Source: Longimicrobiales bacterium (GTDB taxonomy: Bacteria > Gemmatimonadota > Gemmatimonadetes > Longimicrobiales > Gaopeijiaceae). Taken from it: 64,000 nucleotides of DNA. Below the pieces are notes generated by a model, which made no database searches, was not told where the DNA came from, and was given only the letters and a program-made list of their open reading frames with translations. This document shows, piece after piece, positions 21,073-31,551 of this stretch (within the stretch, counting starts at the first letter, position 1; each line of letters begins with the position of its first letter). Location of the stretch: positions 4,064,001 through 4,128,000 of the forward strand of contig OZ242008.1 of assembly GCA_965204735.1 (NCBI GenBank). The letters are read 5' to 3'. Position numbers and translations under genes: made by a program.

Positions 21073-23820
21073 ATGAAGCCGTTTCGTCTGATCGTCCCGT
21101 CGCTGCTGCTTCTGGCGGCCCCGCTAGGGGCGCAGGAGAACGGGACCGTGACCGGATCCGTGACGGCCGACGGGTCCGGCGCCGAAAGCGCCCAGATCGT
21201 GCTGTCCCAGACCGAGACCGGGGCGCAGTACGGCGGGCTCGCCAACCAGAGCGGACGCTACAACGTCGTCGCCGTGCCCGCGGGCTCCTACGACGTGTCG
21301 GTCCAGCTGATCGGCTTCACCGCCGAACCCCAGCGGATCGTCCTCGAGGCCGGAGCCACGGCGGTGGTGGACTTCGCCATGGTCTCCTCGGCGGTGTCGC
21401 TGGGCGGCATCGAGGTGCTGGCCGAGCGGGCGGAGGAGCGTCGGACGCCCGTCGCCTTCACCGACGTGTCCAAGGCCCAGATCCAGACCCAGCTGGGCTC
21501 GCGCGACCTGCCGCTCGTCCTGAGCATCACGCCCTCGGTCTACTCCACCGCCCAGGGCGGGGGCGCCGGGGACGCCCGCATCAACGTCAGGGGGTTCAGC
21601 CAGCGCAACACGGCGGTGATGATCAACGGCGTGCCCGTCAACGACATGGAGAACGGGTGGGTCTACTGGTCGAACTGGGACGGCCTGGGCGACGCCGCGA
21701 CGAGCATCCAGCTCCAGCGGGGGCTGAGCGCGGTGAACCTGGCCACGCCCTCGATCGGCGGAACCCTCAACGTCATCACGGACCCGAGCCAGCAGCGACC
21801 GGGCTACAACTTCAAGCAGGAGTTCGGCAGCGGGAACTTCCTGAAGACGACGATGACCGCCTCCACCGGCCCCATCGGCAAGTTCGCCCTGACGGCGTCG
21901 GGCGTGCGCAAGACCGGCGACGGCCTGATCGACGGGACGTGGACCGACGCCTGGTCGTACTACGTGGCGTCCCAGTACAGGGTCAGCGACAACAACCGGC
22001 TGGAGCTCTACGCGGTGGGCGCGCCCCAGCGCCACGGCCAGAACCTGTACAAGCTCAACTTGGCCACGCTGAACCGGGAGTTCGCCGCCGGCCTGACCGA
22101 CTACGATCCCCGGGCGCTGGAGCGCTTCTCCACCGAGGCCGGCCGCTACTGGAGCCCGAACGTGGGCGGGGTGAACCCGGCGTACACCGGTCGCCAGTTC
22201 AACAGCACGGGTCCGGGCGCCGGCGTCTCCAGCCGCCACGCCCGGGACTTCATCAACGAGCGGGAGAACTACTTCCACAAGCCCCAGGTCAACCTGAACT
22301 GGTACTCGTACTTCGGGAACGGCCTCACGATGAACACCGTGGCCTACTACTCCGGCGGCAACGGCGGCGGCACGGGCACCTACGGCTCGCTCCGCTGGGA
22401 CTACACCTACGGCCAGCGCTTCGCCGACTGGAACGCCACGATCGAGCGCAACCGGGGCAACGACGACGGCGGGTCGTCGGGCATCCTGCGCAACTCGGTG
22501 AACAACCAGGACACGTGGGGCGCGATCGCCAAGCTCCAAAAGGACTTCTCCAACGGGTTGGTGACCGAGGTGGGGGTGGACTGGCGAACCGCCACGATCG
22601 AGCACTACCGGGAGGTCCGGGACCTGCTTGGCGGCAGCTTCTACAACGACTGCTTCCGAGGCTGCAGCTCCGACTTCTGGAGCGAGGCCGAAGGCGACCG
22701 CGGCCTGGGCGACAAGATACACTACCACAACGAAAACGACGTCAACTGGGTCGGTGCCCACCTGCAGGCGGAGAAGTCTTCGCAAGCCGGGTCGTTCTAT
22801 GGAATGGCCGGCATTTCGCGGATCTCCTACGACTTCACCGACTTCTTCACGCGGGGTCCCGGCGGCGGCTTTCTGGAGCTGAGCAGCGGCGGGATCAGCG
22901 GATTCCAGTTCAAGGGCGGAGCCGTGCGCAATCTGGGTCCCGAGTGGTCCGTCTACGGCAACGCCGGCTACGTGTCGAAGGTGCCGATCTTCGACGGCGT
23001 GATCGACGACAACAACGGAGAGCTCGTCCAGGACCCCAAGAACGAGAAGTTCGTGTCGTTCGAGGCCGGGACCCGCTTCCGGTCGCTGAACCGCCGCTTC
23101 TCCTTCGACGCCAACGTGTACTTCACCCAGTGGAACGACCGAACCCGCATCGAGCGCGACCGGATCACCGAGGACGTGAACGTGCTGGTCAACCTTCTGG
23201 GAGTGGACGCTCGCCACATGGGGGTGGAGATGGAGGGCGCCTTCCAGCCAGCCGACTACCTGCGCTTCGACGCGGCGATGTCGTGGGGCGACTGGAAGCA
23301 CACCAACAACCCTTCGGGCACTTTCAGGCGGGCGGACCGCCAGGGCGAGACCGAGGTCAGGACGTACTACCTGAACGGGTTGTACGTGGGCGACGCACCC
23401 CAGTTCCAGGTCGCCTACGCGCTGTCGCTCTTCCCGTCGGGCGGGCTCTACGTGCGGGCCGTGGGCAAGACCTTCGGCAAGCACTACGCCAACTACGACC
23501 TCTTCGGGCGGTCCAGCAACATCGACGAGGGCGTCCAGTCCTGGCGCGCGCCGGGGTACACCGTCTTCGACATGCACGCCTCGTACCGCCTCTCGTCCGA
23601 GGTGACGGCGGCGATCGGCGGCAACGTCCGCCTCTTCCTGCACGTGTTCAACATCTTGGACACGATCTACGTGCAGGACGCCTCCGACAACTCCCGCTTC
23701 AACGGCTTCCGCGACGACGCCGAGCGCGAGCGGGGCGCACTCAGCCACAAGGCCGACGACGCCGAGGTCTTCCTGGGCTACCCCAGGTCGCTGAACTTCG
23801 GCTTCCAGATCATGCACTAG
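21073..23820 (+). CDS. TonB-dependent receptor
   Basis: Signal peptide, carboxypeptidase-regulatory-like N domain, plug motifs (INVRGF, INGVPVND, IGGTLNVIT), beta-barrel C-terminus. Confidence 0.9.
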   Translation: MKPFRLIVPSLLLLAAPLGAQENGTVTGSVTADGSGAESAQIVLSQTETGAQYGGLANQSGRYNVVAVPAGSYDVSVQLIGFTAEPQRIVLEAGATAVVDFAMVSSAVSLGGIEVLAERAEERRTPVAFTDVSKAQIQTQLGSRDLPLVLSITPSVYSTAQGGGAGDARINVRGFSQRNTAVMINGVPVNDMENGWVYWSNWDGLGDAATSIQLQRGLSAVNLATPSIGGTLNVITDPSQQRPGYNFKQEFGSGNFLKTTMTASTGPIGKFALTASGVRKTGDGLIDGTWTDAWSYYVASQYRVSDNNRLELYAVGAPQRHGQNLYKLNLATLNREFAAGLTDYDPRALERFSTEAGRYWSPNVGGVNPAYTGRQFNSTGPGAGVSSRHARDFINERENYFHKPQVNLNWYSYFGNGLTMNTVAYYSGGNGGGTGTYGSLRWDYTYGQRFADWNATIERNRGNDDGGSSGILRNSVNNQDTWGAIAKLQKDFSNGLVTEVGVDWRTATIEHYREVRDLLGGSFYNDCFRGCSSDFWSEAEGDRGLGDKIHYHNENDVNWVGAHLQAEKSSQAGSFYGMAGISRISYDFTDFFTRGPGGGFLELSSGGISGFQFKGGAVRNLGPEWSVYGNAGYVSKVPIFDGVIDDNNGELVQDPKNEKFVSFEAGTRFRSLNRRFSFDANVYFTQWNDRTRIERDRITEDVNVLVNLLGVDARHMGVEMEGAFQPADYLRFDAAMSWGDWKHTNNPSGTFRRADRQGETEVRTYYLNGLYVGDAPQFQVAYALSLFPSGGLYVRAVGKTFGKHYANYDLFGRSSNIDEGVQSWRAPGYTVFDMHASYRLSSEVTAAIGGNVRLFLHVFNILDTIYVQDASDNSRFNGFRDDAERERGALSHKADDAEVFLGYPRSLNFGFQIMH

Positions 23821-23828
23821 CGCAGGTT

Positions 23829-23870
23829 CCGGGCGGCGCGGCTCGGCAGGTGGCCGCGCCGCCCGGTTTC
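23829..23870 (+). terminator. Rho-independent terminator-like hairpin
   Basis: CCGGGCGGCGCGGC / GCCGCGCCGCCCGG 14-bp stem followed by TTTC, right after the TBDR stop. Confidence 0.7.
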
Positions 23871-23999
23871 TGCGGGGCTGGGACTTGTCGCGAGGATTCC
23901 GTGGGTTGGGACTTCCGGCCAGTGCCTTCGCGGGGCGGCCGAGCTCTTTTAGGCTGGTTGCGGCTGGGTCACGGGCACCGCAGGGGCGTTGCGACGACT

Positions 24000-24542
24000 C
24001 TATGGTTGCTCAACACGGAGTCGACCTCGATCAGTTCCTCGAGCGTCACGTCGTACCCCGTTGATCTGGGCCGTGGCGAGTCCCGATTCTCTCAGCGACT
24101 CCAGATGGCCTCGAAACATGCACTGGATGGAGTCGGCCCAGGCAGGCGTCCACTCCGGCCGGGCAAGCTCGGCTTCCATTTCCGCCAGGGCCACCCGAAG
24201 CTCGGCGGCGAACGAGTCTGGGTTGGCGATGTTGGCTCGCACCTGCGGGTCGTTCTCCAGGTCATGGATCTCCTGCCGGTGCATCTCGATACTGGCTCGC
24301 AGCGCTTCCCTCTTCGTCAATGGCGTCGCCCTCCTCCCCATCAGGAAATACAGCGAGTCCAAGCCCGGATGGTCGACATAGATTATCGTCGTGTCCGTCC
24401 ACACCGTCGTCGTGTCCAGCGCAGGCTCCAGATCTGACGAAGACTCGGGACCCCGAAGGTCGCCCTGGGAGCACGCCGCAAGGGCGACGGCGAGCAGCCC
24501 GATCGACGCAGCGACCTGTCGCGTGGTTCGTGGCGTGATCAT
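24000..24542 (-). CDS. Hypothetical lipoprotein
   Basis: Signal peptide with lipobox LAAC; GGAG RBS before ATG 24542. Confidence 0.55.
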   Translation of the reverse strand: MITPRTTRQVAASIGLLAVALAACSQGDLRGPESSSDLEPALDTTTVWTDTTIIYVDHPGLDSLYFLMGRRATPLTKREALRASIEMHRQEIHDLENDPQVRANIANPDSFAAELRVALAEMEAELARPEWTPAWADSIQCMFRGHLESLRESGLATAQINGVRRDARGTDRGRLRVEQP

Positions 24543-24752
24543 GGCTCCATTCCTTGTGCTGACGGTGGGGTTTCGGCCTACAATAGATAAGACGCCGCAC
24601 GCCTCCGGCATGGTATATCAAAATTGAACGCGACCCCTCTCCGCGCTCGGACGAGCTGTCCGTCGGGCTGGGGAACGCTCGCCGGGATGGGGGCTGGGGA
24701 ACGCCCGCCATCTGGGACTGGGGAACAGCCCGCCCGCCCACGGACCGGGCCG

Positions 24753-25499
24753 CTACGCCCGGACGGCGGCTCCCGGCTTCAGCCCCACGACCCCGATCCG
24801 GCGACGCAGCAGGGGGACGAACCGCTGGCACAGCCGCTCGACCACGCGGAGGCCGGGCAGGTGGGACTCGGCGAAGCGGGCGGTCTCGATCTCGAAGCCG
24901 GCGTCCGTCAGGAGGCCCTTCATGCGGGCCATGGACTTGTAGTCCACGTGGCTGGGGTCCCGCTTGAGCAGGATGTCGTTGTTCTTGAGGACCTCGAGGA
25001 TGTGACTCCGGCAAGGCGTCCACACAACCACCCGGCCCCCGGGCTTCAGCACCCGGAACGCTTCCGCGGCCACGGCTTCGGAGTCGGCCGGGTAGAGGTG
25101 CTCGAAGAGGTCGGCCGCGACGACCACGTCGAAGCTTGCCGCCTCCAGGCCGGTGTCCCGGGCGTCGGCCACCCGAAACGCCACGTTGTCGAACTCGGTC
25201 TGGGCCAAGTGGGCGTTGCACTCGGCGACGGCCCGCTCGGCGAAGTCCACTCCCACGACTTCCTTGGCCAGGGGGGCGAGGGCGCAGCTGATCGTCCCCC
25301 AGCCGCACCCCAGATCGAGCGCTCGGTCCGCCGGGCCGGGCGAGTGAAGCGCGAGCACCATGCGAACCCGGTAGCGCTGGAAAGGGCTCTGGAAGTCCCG
25401 AAGGTGGGCCGCCCCCTCGAAGTACGTCGTCTCGTCGTAGTACGACTTGTCGATTCGTTCGGCGGCCGCCTCTGGTTCGGCGGCCGCTTCTCCTACCAA
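24753..25499 (-). CDS. Class I SAM-dependent methyltransferase
   Basis: [22 protein letters not shown]. Probable TTG start overlapping the rpsN stop. Confidence 0.85.
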   Translation of the reverse strand: MVGEAAAEPEAAAERIDKSYYDETTYFEGAAHLRDFQSPFQRYRVRMVLALHSPGPADRALDLGCGWGTISCALAPLAKEVVGVDFAERAVAECNAHLAQTEFDNVAFRVADARDTGLEAASFDVVVAADLFEHLYPADSEAVAAEAFRVLKPGGRVVVWTPCRSHILEVLKNNDILLKRDPSHVDYKSMARMKGLLTDAGFEIETARFAESHLPGLRVVERLCQRFVPLLRRRIGVVGLKPGAAVRA

Positions 25500-25798
25500 G
25501 ACGACTTGCGGACGCCGGGGATCAGGCCGTGGAGCGACATGTCCCGGAACGCGATCCTGGAGAGCCCGAACTTGCCGATGAACCCCCTGGGGCGACCGGT
25601 CATCTGACACCGATTGCGGTGACGCACGGCGGACGAATCCCGGGGAAGGGACTGGAGCTCGGCCATCGCCTTCCGCTTCTCGCCGGGAGTGGCGTCCGGG
25701 TTCTTCACGACGGCGGTGAGCTTCTGGCGGCGCTCGGCGTACTTGGCGACGAGCCGCGCGCGTTGGTCGTTCCTCTGGAGCTTGCCCTTCTTGGCCAT
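25493..25798 (-). CDS. rpsN: 30S ribosomal protein S14, long zinc-independent (C-) form, 101 aa
   Basis: MAKK...[22 protein letters not shown]...GLSRIAFR...IPGVRKSSW. Only one Cys. Confidence 0.95.
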   Translation of the reverse strand: MAKKGKLQRNDQRARLVAKYAERRQKLTAVVKNPDATPGEKRKAMAELQSLPRDSSAVRHRNRCQMTGRPRGFIGKFGLSRIAFRDMSLHGLIPGVRKSSW

Positions 25799-26323
25799 GC
25801 TGGATGCTTCTCTCGGGGGGTGGTTCGGGGTCGGGACGGCCGGAGGAGTCCGGGGACGGAAAGATAGGAAGAAAGGCGGTTCGGTCAATGGGGGGCAGCG
25901 CCTGGTGCCGATTTTGATATACCATGACCCCGGCCCAATGGCGTCTACCTAATAGAGCCGCAGGTGGGGGTCCCACGGAACGGCTCCGTGAGCCGACCCA
26001 CCACTGGAAGGGAGAAGCTTCATGAAGATGTTCGAAGGAGCCATCCTGTTCATCTGTCGCATCGCGCCTGACGGAGTCGAGTTCTGATGCCGCTCTGGCT
26101 GTGGCTCGTTCTTCCGCCGTTGCTGGCGTGCTTCGTGGCGGTCATGGCGTTCTTGGCCTGGGGTTGGGGAGAGATCGACCGCATCTGGGACGAGACGTCG
26201 GAGTGGGACGAGAGTCGGTCAGGCTGTCGCTGTTCAGCATGTGGTTGCTCGGAGTCGCCGTCACAAGACGGTCGACCTTCGCCCCCTACAGCTCCGAAAG
26301 TCCGGCGGCGGTGACGCCTGGGC

Positions 26324-26458
26324 TCAGCGGCAGCCGGCCCAGCGCTTGAGAAGCGTGGTCTTGCCCGACTGCCGGGGTCCGGTGAGAACGACCGCCGGGA
26401 ACTCCGAGGCCGCCCGGGCCAGCGTGTGCTCAAGGGCTCGCGTGATGTACTTGGTCAT
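26324..26458 (-). pseudogene. N-terminal fragment of an AAA_14-DUF4143 ATPase
   Basis: MTKYITRALEHTL...FPAVVLTGPRQSGKTTLL, then a stop after 44 codons. Confidence 0.7.
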
Positions 26459-26510
26459 GGTTGGCCTGGAAGAAACGCGCAGATCGGCATTCGGAATGCA
26501 AATATACATG

Positions 26511-27338
26511 TTATCCCCAGAAGAGGTCGCGCTGGCGCCGATGCTTCTTGGCGGGACGGTACTTCTTGAGGGACCGCAGGTCGCCGATGCCCATCTGTCC
26601 CGCCAGGTCCAGGAGCCGCAGGAAGATCCGCGCCGTGGCAAGCGCGTCGCCGTAGGCTCGGTGCCGCTGGTGGACGGGAATGCGGAAGACTTGCGACAGG
26701 GTGCTCAGGTCGTGGCGGGCTACTTCGGGGAAGAGGCGTCGCGACAGGTCCACGGTGCAGAGCCGCTCCACCTTCGGCACGTCCCCCAGCGCGTCGCCCA
26801 GCTGGGCGGCGATCCACCCCCAGTCGAAGGCGGCGCTGTGGGCCACGAACACCCGTCCGTCGAGCCGGCGGAACACCTCTTGGGCGACCTCGTCGAAGGC
26901 CGGCGCGGAGGCGACCATCTCGTCGGTGATGCCGGTCATTCGGACGACTGCCGGATGCAGGCGGCGACCGGGGTTCACAAGGGTGCGGAAGCGGCCGGCG
27001 ACCGCGCCGTCCCGGACCTCCACCACCGCCACGTCGGTGATCCTGTGGCCGTGTTCGTGGCGTCCTCCCGTCGTCTCGACGTCCACCACGGCGTAGGAGA
27101 GGCGGGCGAGGGGCGTGCCGGGGCGAGGCTTGCGGGGCCGGATGCTCCACAGGCCGTCGGCGTCGGCGCGGAAGCGGTCGTCGGGACCCAGCAGCGCGAA
27201 GACGGCGGCGGCCGCCGCGCCGGGGTGGCCGGTGATGCCCATGACCTGCCGGGCGAGGTCGGTCGCGTGCAGGGGGCCGCCTTCCAGCGCGGCCCAGGCC
27301 CGCTGGAGGAGGGAGTCGTCCGCCGCCCGGGGCGTCAT
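26511..27338 (-). CDS. DnaQ-like DEDDh 3'-5' exonuclease
   Basis: DVETTG, AHSAAFD, HRAYGDA. Confidence 0.85.
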   Translation of the reverse strand: MTPRAADDSLLQRAWAALEGGPLHATDLARQVMGITGHPGAAAAAVFALLGPDDRFRADADGLWSIRPRKPRPGTPLARLSYAVVDVETTGGRHEHGHRITDVAVVEVRDGAVAGRFRTLVNPGRRLHPAVVRMTGITDEMVASAPAFDEVAQEVFRRLDGRVFVAHSAAFDWGWIAAQLGDALGDVPKVERLCTVDLSRRLFPEVARHDLSTLSQVFRIPVHQRHRAYGDALATARIFLRLLDLAGQMGIGDLRSLKKYRPAKKHRRQRDLFWG

Positions 27339-27972
27339 CCGCTTCGTCCTCGGGCCAGGGCGTAGGAGAGACCTTCCAGCTCCATCAGCATGCTGACGTT
27401 GCCCAGGGTCACGTCCGGCGGCACCCGCAGCTGGACCGGCGCGAAGTTGAGGATCGCCTTCACGCCCGCCGACACCGCCCGGTCGGCCACCTCCTGCGCG
27501 ACCCGCGCCGGCACCGCCAGGATCACCAGCTCGATCCCGTCTTCCCGCAACGCCTCCTCCATCTCGTCGCCGCTGCGGACCACCACGTCGCCCATCCGAG
27601 CCCCCGCCTTGGCCGGGTCGCTGTCCACCACCGTCGTGATGGCGAAGCCCCGCTTGCGGAACGGCTCGTACTCGAAGAGCGCGGTCCCGATCCGCCCGGC
27701 GCCCACCAGCGCGACCCGCCAAGTGGAGTCGAGCCCCAGCACCCGGCGCAGGACCCGCGTCAGCTCGGGCACGGAGTAGCCCAGTCCCCGCTTCCCGAAC
27801 GACCCCAGGTAGGAGAGGTCCTTCCGCACCTGGGCTGCCGTGGTCCCGCCCCGCTCGGCCAGGGCGGCGCTGGAGACGGTCGCCAGCCCCAGGCGCCCGA
27901 ACTCCTCCAGGAAGCGCAGGTAGAGCGAGAAGCGCCGGACCGTGCCGGCCGGTATCCGCTGGTTCGCCGAGC

Positions 27973-27976
<4 letters not shown>
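27335..27976 (-). CDS. rex: Redox-sensing transcriptional repressor Rex
   Basis: [43 protein letters not shown]. Start codon non-canonical (CTG). Confidence 0.9.
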
Positions 27977-29529
<1,553 letters not shown>

Positions 29530-29745
29530 TGGGGGCGGGTGCTCGCCGGGAGGGGCGGTCGGGGAGACGGGTGGCGGAAGGGTGGTCGGCATCGGTGTTG
29601 GTCCTGGTTGGTCCTGTGTCCGCTGACCGGGTGGTTGGCCAAGGCGGCGCTGGGGCTTCAGGGACACCTGTAAGGTAGCGAGGCCGGGGACGGGCGGGGA
29701 CGGGTGGCAGCCGGAGCTCCAGCCGGCAAATCGGCTCAGCTGGGC

Positions 29746-29925
29746 CTACAGGCGCGCCTTGATCCTCTGCGCCAGTGCATCGAAATCGTCCGGGCATTTC
29801 TGCGGATCACCTGGATGTTTCTCGCAGCTTCTCTGCCCAGGAGCTTGCGCCCGCCCCCTGGGTAGTCGGTCAATGTCGTTCGCGCACCAACGGTACAAAG
29901 TATCTCTCCTTGACGTGGACTTCTG
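29746..29925 (-). pseudogene. C-terminal remnant of the usual partner gene of the ABC/AAA_21 ATPase (deleted and frameshifted)
   Basis: EVHVKERYFVPL / TDYPGGGRKLLGREAARNIQVIR / QKCPDDFDALAQRIKARL* is read across three frames. Confidence 0.55.
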
Positions 29926-31228
29926 TCCCCGCTTCCCGCTCGCTTGCACCTTCCCCCAAGAAGACTGCGTCTTCCATCCATCCAGAAGCGTGTAGCGTGC
30001 CCAGTCCTTGCGATTCTCGAAGCTCTCTTGCGTTGGAAAGCTCTGCGACTTGACGGATGACTGCATCGCCCGTGTCCGGTCGCCGACACACGACGGCAGT
30101 GTTCTTGAACGTCTGATTGTTGACCATGGCCAGCAACTCCGGCGAGTGCGTCGTGGTCACGACCTGGGATTCACTCTCGGCAGTCCAGGTTTCGATGAGC
30201 TCCAGCAGAAGACGCAAGCGGGACGGGTGAACGCCGTTGTCGATCTCCTCAAAGAAATACAGGTCCGCCTGATCCCTCCCGAACAAGGCGGCCAGGATGG
30301 CCAGAAAGCGCAACATCCCGTCTGACGCGGAGTAGGCAGAGATGTGTCGGCCGCTTCGCTCCGTTATGCGCAACTGCACCTTGCCGCTCACGGGGTCCCT
30401 CGGGAACTCGAAGTCAGCCACGTCCATCGGCGTCAATTCTCTGCTCCAGTCGACCAATGCGCCTCGGCGATCGGAGTCGTCGCAGATATCCTTCAGCACA
30501 GTCGGCAAGTTGTCGCCCCGGTCTCCGAGCGTCGTCTGTCCAGGCAAGGATGGTATGCGCATACGAGTCGGCGACGGGTCGAGGAAGCGCATGCTGGCGA
30601 ACGAGTCGGCGACCACTTGCGCTTGTGTCTTGTGCAAGCGCAATGCCTTCTTGTGTTCGTGCATCTGCGTCAAGGCCGGTTGATCCGGCCTGGCTTCGAT
30701 TCGATGCCCATATTTCCTCTGCTTCGCAGTCTTTGCCATGCGCAACAGCAAGTGCATCTCGTCGTCTTGCTTCCGTACCGGGTCGGGAGGGGGCGGATGA
30801 CTGTTGTAGACGAAACGCTTCCTGTGCTGGAGAGATTCCTCTGTGACGCGAAACGACCCGGAAGCCTCTTTGCTGCGTATCTTGTACGTGACCTTGCTCT
30901 GCGTCGAGTTCGCGATGCCTGTCGGCAACTGCATCTCCACTTCGAGGGCGAATCCGTTCTCTCCGGCCTCTCCGTCTTGTTCGATCCGCACGACCTCGCC
31001 TAGCGCGCCTCGAATCCCGTCCCACTGGACTTCGCCGCCAGGACCGTACTTGCCGCCAAGAATCTCCGCCAGCGTGTAGCCCCGTCCGAGGCCGTGGAGG
31101 AAACGCAGTGCTTCGCGGATGTTGCTCTTTCCGCTGCCGTTGGTGCCGGCGATGACGGTGAACGGACCCATGCGCAGCCGCTCGTCGGCAAAGCTCTTGA
31201 AGTCCAACAGCCTGATGGACGTGATCAT
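29870..31228 (-). CDS. ABC-type (AAA_21/SMC-like) ATPase
   Basis: LDFKSF, GTNGSGKSN, SASDGMLRFL signature, FFEEIDNGVHP, TTHSP. Confidence 0.85.
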   Translation of the reverse strand: MITSIRLLDFKSFADERLRMGPFTVIAGTNGSGKSNIREALRFLHGLGRGYTLAEILGGKYGPGGEVQWDGIRGALGEVVRIEQDGEAGENGFALEVEMQLPTGIANSTQSKVTYKIRSKEASGSFRVTEESLQHRKRFVYNSHPPPPDPVRKQDDEMHLLLRMAKTAKQRKYGHRIEARPDQPALTQMHEHKKALRLHKTQAQVVADSFASMRFLDPSPTRMRIPSLPGQTTLGDRGDNLPTVLKDICDDSDRRGALVDWSRELTPMDVADFEFPRDPVSGKVQLRITERSGRHISAYSASDGMLRFLAILAALFGRDQADLYFFEEIDNGVHPSRLRLLLELIETWTAESESQVVTTTHSPELLAMVNNQTFKNTAVVCRRPDTGDAVIRQVAELSNARELRESQGLGTLHASGWMEDAVFLGEGASEREAGTEVHVKERYFVPLVRERH

Positions 31229-31551
31229 GGGGGTGCCGTCTCTGTGCCGATGGACGTCACGTGATCACGGGGCATCTGGGTCCGGGGCCGGATGCCGGGC
31301 CAACGTGGCAAACACCCAGCAGGGACCAGGGCTTGGGCGCAGCAAGTCGTCCATCGGGAGCGGTAGTCATGATGCTCAACAGTAATTGAGCAGTTGCGGG
31401 AAGGCCACCGCCAAGGTTGCCGGCGTCTCCGCGATCGGCGGCGTCTCTGCGATCGGCAGGGGGGAACTTCGGTCAGCTGGCACTGCCCAGTCACCCCAAC
31501 CGGGCCAGTTGCAGCCTCGTCCGGGTCGAACCCTGAAGCCCGAATCGACTG

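Noticed and set aside
11990..24437. Very long alternative-frame ORFs (for example 11990-15124, 14797-17601, 20997-24437, 21124-23817)
   Set aside because: They are Arg/Gly/Pro-rich shadow or antisense frames of real genes, expected in high-GC DNA.
29530..29760. SAH riboswitch upstream of ahcY
   Set aside because: Expected from context, but I could not find the GAGGAGCG / CAGGCUC core on the coding strand.
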